Origin: a virus
Taxonomy: Duplodnaviria > Caudoviricetes
Direction: 5' to 3' (one strand)
Virus record (IMG/VR): IMGVR_UViG_3300033067_001395
Span: 1-42,153 of that record
DNA length: 42,153 nucleotides
Part shown: positions 35,604-42,153 of the stretch, piece by piece
Layout: the number at the start of each line of letters is the position of its first letter
Numbering within the stretch: the first letter of the stretch is position 1
Translations under genes and position numbers: made by a program
Notes under the pieces: generated by a model
Database searches by the model: none
What the model was told of the DNA's origin: nothing
What the model saw: only the letters and a program-made list of their open reading frames with translations

Positions 35604-35947
35604 TTCAATTCACCTCGCGCAATCAGGTCGATGTCTTTGAGGGCTATGCAGTTGGCACACGTGTCTCCTGGGCCGTCGAACTCGGTATCTTGTGTGCAAT
35701 AACAATCAGTCTCAAGTCGCTTCATTAAAAACTCGATCATGGCCAAGAGCCTTGGCACGTCGGTGCGATACGAAGCATAAAATCCTGCTCGGTATCCGTT
35801 CCTGAAAGCAAACTGTGTGGAGAGCATCGAATCTTCTTCATAAACGCGTTTCGTCCAAGCCTCATAGGCGATCTCTATTTGCGGCTTAATGGTTTCATCG
35901 TTATCCCGCTCGCGCACTTCGTTTAGGTATTTATGGGTGTGGGTCAC
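35600..35947 (-). CDS. Hypothetical protein
   Basis: Coupled start and stop; RTDVPRLLA and CYC...CANC. Confidence 0.65.
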   Translation of the reverse strand: MTHTHKYLNEVRERDNDETIKPQIEIAYEAWTKRVYEEDSMLSTQFAFRNGYRAGFYASYRTDVPRLLAMIEFLMKRLETDCYCTQDTEFDGPGDTCANCIALKDIDLIARGELK

Positions 35948-36051
35948 AAATCACCTTTCGGGAATCCACATAAACAATGCCATTGCTGCTTTCGATAAGA
36001 GCAGCAACGGAACGCGTGGCGCTTTATGATTTGAATGAAGAGCATTTTCAC
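35944..36051 (-). CDS. Small Cys-rich hypothetical peptide (35 aa)
   Basis: GTGA overlaps at both ends fill the gap exactly. Confidence 0.4.
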   Translation of the reverse strand: MKMLFIQIIKRHAFRCCSYRKQQWHCLCGFPKGDL

Positions 36052-36497
36052 AACTCACCCCCAAGCGCGGCTTCGATGTCCTTTAACTTTTCACACTCAG
36101 CTCTGATGTCTCGTAAATATTCCAAAGTCTGGGCACTGGCTTTGTATTCTGCGTTGCATTCGGTGTGCGCAATGTTTTCCAACGCCTCAACCGCAATCTC
36201 GAGCGCACGCTCCAGGCGCTCTTGGTTTGTCGGTGCGGCGGCGATGAATTCGGCATCAGGTCCCTTAAAAGTGGCTGGCGATGAAACACCAATATCGCGA
36301 TGCTCAGATTCAGTAAGAATTGATCCCTCAACCTTATAAGGAACTTCTACTCGAAAACTCTCATTTCGAATTCTGCGTTGCGTATGAATCCCGTAAGCTC
36401 GCGCAGGTATTCGAACGCGCCAAGGTCCCGGAGTCGCCGCTTCCCTGAGCTTTCTCATGCCGAGGATTAGGGATTGGATTTTGGTCATAGAGGCCAT
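36048..36497 (-). CDS. Ead/Ea22-like protein
   Basis: AATPGPW and DAEFIAAA motifs. Confidence 0.7.
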   Translation of the reverse strand: MASMTKIQSLILGMRKLREAATPGPWRVRIPARAYGIHTQRRIRNESFRVEVPYKVEGSILTESEHRDIGVSSPATFKGPDAEFIAAAPTNQERLERALEIAVEALENIAHTECNAEYKASAQTLEYLRDIRAECEKLKDIEAALGGEL

Positions 36498-36500
36498 CCT

Positions 36501-36788
36501 TTAACAATCCAGAAGACGGTCCACACGAGGCACCAAATAAAGAATTCCAAGGGGAACGGCTCTACTACGCCTTCTTTTGTAAGATCGCGACCTAAGAACA
36601 TCCATCCGATGGGTAGGCTTAGCGCACCCAAACCATACCAAAGATACAAACCCGCTATAGAACAGGCTTCTGTGAATAGGATTTCCTTTACGATACGAAA
36701 CATCAACAAGATACCAAGTGCATGATTTCCAACCACCGTTTGGTGGAATGATTTCAGGCTTCACCCGCTCACTGGTCTTGGCGCTCAT
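36501..36788 (-). CDS. Hypothetical protein
   Basis: GAGGTG RBS before MSAKTSE. Confidence 0.55.
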   Translation of the reverse strand: MSAKTSERVKPEIIPPNGGWKSCTWYLVDVSYRKGNPIHRSLFYSGFVSLVWFGCAKPTHRMDVLRSRSYKRRRSRAVPLGILYLVPRVDRLLDC

Positions 36789-36845
36789 GGTTCACCTCAT
36801 CTTCAGCATAGCAGTCGTTTGCCCTTTGCTCGGCTTGTTCTCTTG

Positions 36846-37067
36846 TCACAGCTCGCACACCCATTCCCAAATATCCGGGTTATCTTGGAGCGTTCCATAT
36901 GCAACGGGAAAGCCTGGAAGTCTCGCCACGCCATGAACGTCTCTATCCTCGTCGTTTGGCTCTGGAATTGTACCTACCGAATAGGAATGAGAGTAACCAC
37001 TCTCTCCAACAATGGCCTGCTGACCACTTACGAGGTGACTATAGATCCCTGGTTTAAGCTTTTTCAT
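36846..37067 (-). CDS. Hypothetical protein
   Basis: ATGA overlap, GGAG RBS. Confidence 0.6.
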   Translation of the reverse strand: MKKLKPGIYSHLVSGQQAIVGESGYSHSYSVGTIPEPNDEDRDVHGVARLPGFPVAYGTLQDNPDIWEWVCEL

Positions 37068-37318
37068 AATCCCAATCTCCCTCTAATCCATTCGTAACAA
37101 GCCGAAGCACCGTTCTTAAATCCCGTATCAATAACCACCTTCGGGTCTTGAGGCTCAAGAAATCTCTTCCTGAATTCCGCATCACTTGGAAATCCGCCCG
37201 GTCTACATGCAAAACCCTTCCCACAGTTACGGCACGTTCCATTCATTTCAGGGGAATGATTCATGCCAATAAAACGGTGTCCGCAGCATGTTGTGATGTA
37301 TGTATTTAAGTCGCTCAT
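37064..37318 (-). CDS. Small zinc-finger-like protein
   Basis: TCCGH...CRNCG. Confidence 0.6.
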   Translation of the reverse strand: MSDLNTYITTCCGHRFIGMNHSPEMNGTCRNCGKGFACRPGGFPSDAEFRKRFLEPQDPKVVIDTGFKNGASACYEWIRGRLGL

Positions 37319-37407
37319 CTAAGCCCCCACTCCTGCCCCCATAGAGGCCATGTAATAAAGAATCAACGCAAGCAGCGCTAGTACGCCTAGTGTCTTGAAT
37401 GTGATTT

Positions 37408-37824
37408 TTAGGAAGGTAATTTATCTCTCCCAAGGCGAACCTGAGCGTTATGTTTGTTGGCCATTTCCTGAGCACGTTTTAATATCTTTGCTTTTGTATT
37501 CTCGTCTAGAATTTCTTGCGCTGCTTTTTGCCAATATTGGCCCCAAGTATGAAGTTCTTTTATCTCCTTATTTACTTCAATAATAAGATCTTTTTTCTGG
37601 GTTATAGAGTCGATGACACCATTAACGGCGGTCTTGCTGCGCCCCTTCTTTGCCTCAATCAGCTGTTCTTGCAATATAGATAATTCTTTTACTAGTCGCG
37701 TTCGGCGCTCTTGTGCAGACAAGAGAAAAGAATCTGAGGTGCCAGATTGAGATGTAACTATTGCGGCCTGTGCGTTAATCGCGCTACCCATTAAAGCCGC
37801 GTTGAGAGCTTTTCCTGCACTCAT
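37408..37824 (-). CDS. Coiled-coil hypothetical protein
   Basis: GGAG RBS before MSAGKALN; start moved from 37899. Confidence 0.6.
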   Translation of the reverse strand: MSAGKALNAALMGSAINAQAAIVTSQSGTSDSFLLSAQERRTRLVKELSILQEQLIEAKKGRSKTAVNGVIDSITQKKDLIIEVNKEIKELHTWGQYWQKAAQEILDENTKAKILKRAQEMANKHNAQVRLGRDKLPS

Positions 37825-37891
37825 GAACTCCATCCCCCAAACAAAGCGAACCAAACCATATAGGATAATAGTGCGATGATGGTCAGCGTTT

Positions 37892-39334
37892 TCAATCAAT
37901 CACCTTGCGTGCTTCTTCAAGCCAGTGATCATATTCCATGACTTGCTTGGTCTCGTATTTCCCAGGAGGAAGTTCTGTTTTTCCTCCGCCAATCTCGCCG
38001 TGCTCAGGATGGCGAATCACGCATCCATTAGGAGCATCCACGTAGCCTTCATAGACCTTAACGTCTTTGCCTTCGGCTAGGTGACGGCGTAGCCCATCAA
38101 CTGCAATTCTATCTGCACGCTCTTTAAGGCCTCCGGGAATAGATTCAACAGGGAAGAAGAGGGCATCTCCTTGCTGATGGTATGTACCCGTGACCTTGTT
38201 TGTGGCTCCTTTAATCTTTGTGCCATCAAGATCAATAGGTAGCGCAAACTGACTGAGTGAGTTCCTAAAGCAAATTGCCTCGCGCACCGTTTTCGCGTTC
38301 TGCACTCCCTCTACGTGCACCGTTCTCATAGAAGGATTCACCATATAAAGAAATGGACGAGCGTCTCTACCGTCTTCTAGATCTACCAAAAACAGCTTGT
38401 ATCCGAACTCTTCATCGGCCACTTTTGGCTTTAAGAGTTTGATGAAATGTTCGTTGCCTATCTTTCGGATCATCTCACGCCGAATATCCGCGTTTTGTTC
38501 TTTTAGAATTATGTTCTTTGTAAACTTCTTTACGGGCATGTTCGCGTAACCTTCACCAACATCCACACCATTAAAGAAATAGAGCCCCCATCCATCGGGA
38601 TACAGAAGAGCTGCTCCGTTAAAGTTATGCAAATCACCTTGTTCGTTTAGGTGAATTTCGGTGGGCTTTTCGGTGAGGATACAGATGCCCTCTAACGGCC
38701 AGAACCACGAGCAGTTCTCAGCTAAATCCATGAGCGGCTTTAGGTCAGAGCATTCTTCGTGCATTCCGCATTCGTTAAGGAAAAAAGAATAGAAAGAAAG
38801 CCATCCGGCATCGTGTTGGCCGTATCCGGCTTCCCCGACCTTGTCCCAGACCTTGTCCCTGACCTTGTCCCCGACCTTGGCCCAGACCTTGTCTCTGACA
38901 TTGTCTCTGACCTTGGCCCAGACCTTGGCCATGACCTTGTCCCTGACATTGTCCCTGACCTTGTCCCTGACCTTGTCCCCGACCTTGTCCCCGACCTTGG
39001 CCCAGACCTTGGCCCTGACATTGTCTCTGACTTTGTCTCTGACCTTGTCCCAGACCTTGACCCCGACCTTGGCCCAGACCGGAGCACCAATTTTATTCTC
39101 CGAATCGTGTTCTTTTAGAACGTCCAGTAGAGCAGCGCCAATTGCCCCTTCCATGGGAGAATCAAGCCAAATGAATTCAGGAGGAGCAAGGCCTGCCACT
39201 TTATAAGCAGCGATCATGGCAGCTTCAGCTTTGCGATGATTGGACTTCTCTGTAGAAAGTCCTATTTGTGACCACTTCTGTTCATAGGCTTCTAATTTTG
39301 ATTCTTGTTCTTTTGTTAATTCTTCTAATTTCAT
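37892..39334 (-). CDS. DUF6745-like protein with tetrapeptide repeats and a fused C-terminal QQGD domain
   Basis: [26 protein letters not shown]....CI..EKP, LH...G.A..YPDGW..Y..NGV; C-terminal QQGD...H...HPEH...LPPG.Y. Confidence 0.85.
   Translation of the reverse strand: MKLEELTKEQESKLEAYEQKWSQIGLSTEKSNHRKAEAAMIAAYKVAGLAPPEFIWLDSPMEGAIGAALLDVLKEHDSENKIGAPVWAKVGVKVWDKVRDKVRDNVRAKVWAKVGDKVGDKVRDKVRDNVRDKVMAKVWAKVRDNVRDKVWAKVGDKVRDKVWDKVGEAGYGQHDAGWLSFYSFFLNECGMHEECSDLKPLMDLAENCSWFWPLEGICILTEKPTEIHLNEQGDLHNFNGAALLYPDGWGLYFFNGVDVGEGYANMPVKKFTKNIILKEQNADIRREMIRKIGNEHFIKLLKPKVADEEFGYKLFLVDLEDGRDARPFLYMVNPSMRTVHVEGVQNAKTVREAICFRNSLSQFALPIDLDGTKIKGATNKVTGTYHQQGDALFFPVESIPGGLKERADRIAVDGLRRHLAEGKDVKVYEGYVDAPNGCVIRHPEHGEIGGGKTELPPGKYETKQVMEYDHWLEEARKVID
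38837..39076. repeat. 20 tandem 12-bp repeats, consensus GACCTTGTCCCN
   Basis: Units counted directly; they encode V-[WRG]-[DA]-[KN] on the minus strand. Confidence 0.95.
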
Positions 39335-39344
39335 AAATCCTTCC

Positions 39345-39656
39345 TCACTTCCTTACGCATCCAAGATACTGAAGTTTGCTCAAAACTTTCCAAGTGATCT
39401 CGGGAAAGCATGGCATGCACCACAGGGAACCATGTACTGATAAATTTGGAAAGCTCGCGCATCTGATAACCCAAGATCCTCTCTTAGGAATTGTGGTTCG
39501 ACACGGCTTTCTCTTAGCTGCGATTCGAATCACGGTCGCCGACTCGTAATCCAGATAATGGTAATATTTTAGGTTCACTTGTTGCAGTCTCTTTCTTTTC
39601 CAAAGCGCGCCTAATCTTTCGCAGTAATCCATCTTGGAAAACATATCCTTGCGCAA
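39345..39656 (-). CDS. Small Cys-containing hypothetical protein (true start probably further downstream)
   Basis: ORF fills the gap; C...C...WC..C pattern. Confidence 0.45.
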   Translation of the reverse strand: MRKDMFSKMDYCERLGALWKRKRLQQVNLKYYHYLDYESATVIRIAAKRKPCRTTIPKRGSWVIRCASFPNLSVHGSLWCMPCFPEITWKVLSKLQYLGCVRK

Positions 39657-39732
39657 TGGAATCTTGAATGGGCATGAGCCTGCGAACAGTGCCCGTGGTT
39701 ACAAGTACGCGCGGGAGCGTGGTGGGTTTCAT
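39514..39732 (-). CDS. Hypothetical protein
   Basis: ATGA overlap with the ATPase stop. Confidence 0.55.
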   Translation of the reverse strand: MKPTTLPRVLVTTGTVRRLMPIQDSIAQGYVFQDGLLRKIRRALEKKETATSEPKILPLSGLRVGDRDSNRS

Positions 39733-40502
39733 AGGATTATGTCGTCCAATTTCTTTTGATCTTCTGGTTTAGCGACCTCAGCGGCGGCGGGAGTGCCGAG
39801 CCAATCGCGCAGAGCCTCGCCTGTTTTCTCGGTGATCTGCATAGTTTGTCCGCCAAAAAGATCAGACCTGTCCTTCGACACCTGGGCCGCGTGATCAAGG
39901 CCCACATCGAACACAATATCAAACTCGTATTCGAAGCCATCGCGCTGGACGGCTCCTAGCCCAACCTTTGTTGGAGTGGCTTTGCCTTTATCGTTTTGGT
40001 TAATGACATATTCTGTCTTCGAGCGCATCGTGCAAATGATGTGTTTTTTGGAGTGCAGGACGGCGTTGACGAGTTGATTTTGCTGAGGCGTCATCTTTCC
40101 CCAGTTCGTAAACGAATTTCCGCCACGCGCATCTAGGGCTTCCTTCTGCTGAAGCAAGCCGCCTTCGCCGCTCCAGGCGTGCGATAGTGAATCCACAATA
40201 ATCACATCGAAGTCGGCTTCGGAGGCAGCATTGATGGCCGCGATGTATTTTGAGATCAAAAACGGGGCATTCATTTGTGCGGTTTGGAATTCAATGGGGC
40301 CAAACTTTTTAGCACCTTCGATAGTCTTACCTGCGTACAGGGATGCGGATTTATTCTCGGTGTCGATGAGCGCAATCTTGGCATTTGGAACAAGGCCTCG
40401 CGCGATGCGAAGCGCACTCATGGTCTTGCCTGCGCCCGATGGGCCGGTAAGAGCAAGCCTTAGTTTTACGGATTCTTTTACGGCATTTTTAAACATGATC
40501 AT
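39729..40502 (-). CDS. Sak4-like / AAA_24 ATPase (single-strand annealing)
   Basis: Walker A GPSGAGKT, IDTE..SA, IIVDSLSHAW, EYEFD. Confidence 0.88.
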   Translation of the reverse strand: MIMFKNAVKESVKLRLALTGPSGAGKTMSALRIARGLVPNAKIALIDTENKSASLYAGKTIEGAKKFGPIEFQTAQMNAPFLISKYIAAINAASEADFDVIIVDSLSHAWSGEGGLLQQKEALDARGGNSFTNWGKMTPQQNQLVNAVLHSKKHIICTMRSKTEYVINQNDKGKATPTKVGLGAVQRDGFEYEFDIVFDVGLDHAAQVSKDRSDLFGGQTMQITEKTGEALRDWLGTPAAAEVAKPEDQKKLDDIIL

Positions 40503-41026
40503 CCTTTCTGATTCTTATTGGGGTACGCGCGAAGGGAATGGGAATTCTCTAGCGTAGCTCCCTCTACCCGGATGCCCATGTTTAGGGTTTCGCGGATCTG
40601 TTCCTTGTTCGGATAGGTAACGGTTTCGGTGGTCATGAAAAGCGGCGCAAGCTTGGATTCATCGAGTACCAGCCGGGGCTTAGCCTTCGCCAGTTTGAAG
40701 CGGTAATCGATTCCGAGGAGTTCCGTCCTTCCGGATTCGATCATGAGCGCCTTCACATAATCTTTAAGCCGCTTTGTGGACTTATCCAGGGCATCGGCCA
40801 CTTTGCGGGATTCGTCGGCTCTATTAGCCCAATAGGCGGCCGATAGGTCCATGCGCTCGAGCACAAACTTCACGCCGTCGACTTTGGAGGCAATGCCTAG
40901 GTCAACGGATGCGATCATGGCTTCAAGCTCTGCGGGTATCTCGCCGCCGGATTCGATAATGCGGGTTTCAAGGGCGGAGGCCTCGGCAATCATCTCGGCT
41001 AGCCGCGTGGGTTTTGGTTCTTCCAT
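40499..41026 (-). CDS. Siphovirus Gp157-family protein
   Basis: Coiled coil, KVD, RLKDY....M, P.K..I...L..G..VEGA.L; adjacent to the Sak4-like gene. Confidence 0.85.
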   Translation of the reverse strand: MEEPKPTRLAEMIAEASALETRIIESGGEIPAELEAMIASVDLGIASKVDGVKFVLERMDLSAAYWANRADESRKVADALDKSTKRLKDYVKALMIESGRTELLGIDYRFKLAKAKPRLVLDESKLAPLFMTTETVTYPNKEQIRETLNMGIRVEGATLENSHSLRAYPNKNQKG

Positions 41027-41054
41027 CTTCAGGTTTCCTTCGTTTTAGGGGTCT

Positions 41055-41873
41055 ATGGGATTGCGCAGTGCGCGGAGAAGTGGCGAAGATCCGGGCCCCG
41101 GAGCCCGAACCTACACCGGCTTGATTCCGCTGGCGCAACCACGTGGCAGGTACCGGGTACCGCGTGTTTGTCAGACCGCCATGCGAAAGGACCAAGAGTG
41201 GTTACCTTATCGGGGAGCGAGGTCGTTGAGTCAACGCTCCTTAAAACTGTGTCTTTAGGGATTTGAGAAGAATATGCCGATCGGCTTTCCACAGGGATCT
41301 TGGTCCTTTCCATACGCGCGCAGGTCGTCTGATGGCGCGTACACTGGACGTATAAAGCTGGTGTTTTTGGGAGGCAAGAGGAATGTGCCGGGGGAGGGGA
41401 AAAATGTCGCGCATCCCGGTTGCCTTTCGGGCCGAAATGCGCGAAGTTCAAACTCATCACAGATTGAATTGGTCACAGGGTCCCACGTCGGATCCGAAAT
41501 ATCAATTCAAATTTTGATCCTAGTGTTTTGGGAAGAAGCTTCCTGATTCGCGCATGAGCGGAAGTCATGCGGATGCTTTGAAACAGGTAGCTAAAATCTC
41601 GCGTGTTCTGGAAGACGCCAGTGGCAGCGAGGGGGATTTGGATGCGCCAGCGTCCTACCTGGGCCTGTATAAATAAAACCAAGGCGAACCGCTTAGATCC
41701 ATCGGGAACATGACCGGGGCTCTCTAAGATAAACGGTCTGGTGGCGAAAGCTCCCTCGTCCGAAAGACGCAGCGATGAGAAACGCCTGAAGGTCTCCTAC
41801 GCTTTCATGCGTGGGGGTTTGGGGGACCTTTGGCTTCCTGCAACCCTGAACCGAATCCGCAAAGGTGCGAGTT
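41055..41873 (+). ncRNA. Candidate large structured non-coding RNA / origin-control region
   Basis: No credible ORF; many nested helices whose wobble pairs are G-U on the + strand; G-rich tracts. Confidence 0.5.
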
Positions 41874-42153
41874 ATGAATGAAAGATGGTCACTAGGAAAG
41901 AAGGTTAGACGTGAAAGAAGGCAGGAACTGAATGCAAAAGCCTTCGCTTCAGAAGTCTGGTTTTTAAAACAGCTGAAAGCCTTCGGAACAACGAACCTAC
42001 CGGAGAGAAATTACTGCCTCATCAATAGATACTTCGGCGACTTTGTTTGGCGGAACCAGCGCCTCGTAGTTGAGCTTGATGGATCAAGTCATGATGGGAA
42101 GGAAGAATACGACAAGCGGCGAGATGCGGAAATTAAGAAAGCAGGTTTTAAAG
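41874..42153 (+). CDS. DUF559/Vsr-like (PD-(D/E)XK fold) endonuclease, N-terminal part; runs off window end
   Basis: Own translation from ATG 41874: MNERWSLGKKVRRERRQELNAKAFASEVWFLKQLKAFGTTNLPERNYCLINRYFGDFVWRNQRLVVELDGSSHDGKEEYDKRRDAEIKKAGFK; the DF...LVVELDG..H....YD..RD......GF pattern is typical of DUF559. Not in the ORF track because there is no stop in the window. Confidence 0.85.
   Translation, partial: MNERWSLGKKVRRERRQELNAKAFASEVWFLKQLKAFGTTNLPERNYCLINRYFGDFVWRNQRLVVELDGSSHDGKEEYDKRRDAEIKKAGFK

Larger units (their letters stand above)
1..42153. mobile_element. Near-complete circularly permuted tailed dsDNA phage genome (siphovirus-like)
   Basis: Contiguous terminase-portal-protease-capsid-tail-lysis module, recombination genes, no host housekeeping genes, and one ORF that spans the end-to-start junction. 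Confidence 0.93.

Noticed and set aside
36485-36736. Hydrophobic ORF 36485..36736 as the real gene
   Set aside because: Almost fully overlaps 36501..36788, which has the better RBS; cannot be completely excluded
38837-39076. CRISPR array or DGR template/variable repeat
   Set aside because: Units are contiguous 12-mers with no spacers inside a coding gene; no cas or reverse transcriptase gene seen
38740-39206. ORFs 38740..39090 (-), 38759..39118 (+) and 38841..39206 (+) as genes
   Set aside because: Open only because the stop-free 12-bp repeat is a multiple of three; they shadow the DUF6745-like gene
41053-41682. ORF-track ORFs in the intergenic region as a repressor or replication protein
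   Set aside because: Overlapping on both strands, mostly lacking a clear RBS, no HTH or other motif, and not protein-like in composition
41055-41873. Group I/II intron, tRNA, tmRNA or SRP RNA
   Set aside because: No interrupted host gene, and I could not find group II domain V, a group I core, a cloverleaf or the SRP loop motif by eye; an Rfam scan is still needed
1-42153. Integrated prophage with att sites
   Set aside because: No integrase or host flanking genes, and the ends join within one phage gene
1-42153. Stop-codon reassignment
   Set aside because: Core genes are full length in the standard code and TAA, TAG and TGA all end genes at sensible positions

Overview
The window looks like an essentially complete, circularly permuted ~42 kb genome of a tailed dsDNA phage, siphovirus-like (tail tube and tape measure, no sheath gene). 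A spanin-like pair suggests a Gram-negative host. The two ends split one gene: a DUF559/Vsr-like endonuclease starts at 41874, runs off the right end and resumes in frame 1 at position 1. Plus strand 1-6.8 kb holds small accessory genes, two methyltransferase loci (one ParB-linked, split, with a G11 tract), a lipoprotein and a GT92-like glycosyltransferase. At 6.8-10.1 kb an extra fibre module sits ahead of the terminase. At 10.1-32.4 kb are terminase, head, tail (with a -1 frameshift chaperone), a fibre-like protein with an apparent signal peptide, and a split lysis module. Minus strand 32.3-41.0 kb holds two more glycosyltransferases, a RecU-like resolvase, small ORFs, a DUF6745-like protein with 20 tandem 12-bp repeats, a Sak4-like ATPase and Gp157. 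I recognised no integrase, repressor, replication initiator, primase, helicase or polymerase. The most striking unexplained element is a ~850-bp, apparently non-coding, heavily base-paired region (41027-41873) with G-tracts and sequence matches to the leaders of two phage genes. All calls come from reading motifs by eye; no searches or folding programs were run.
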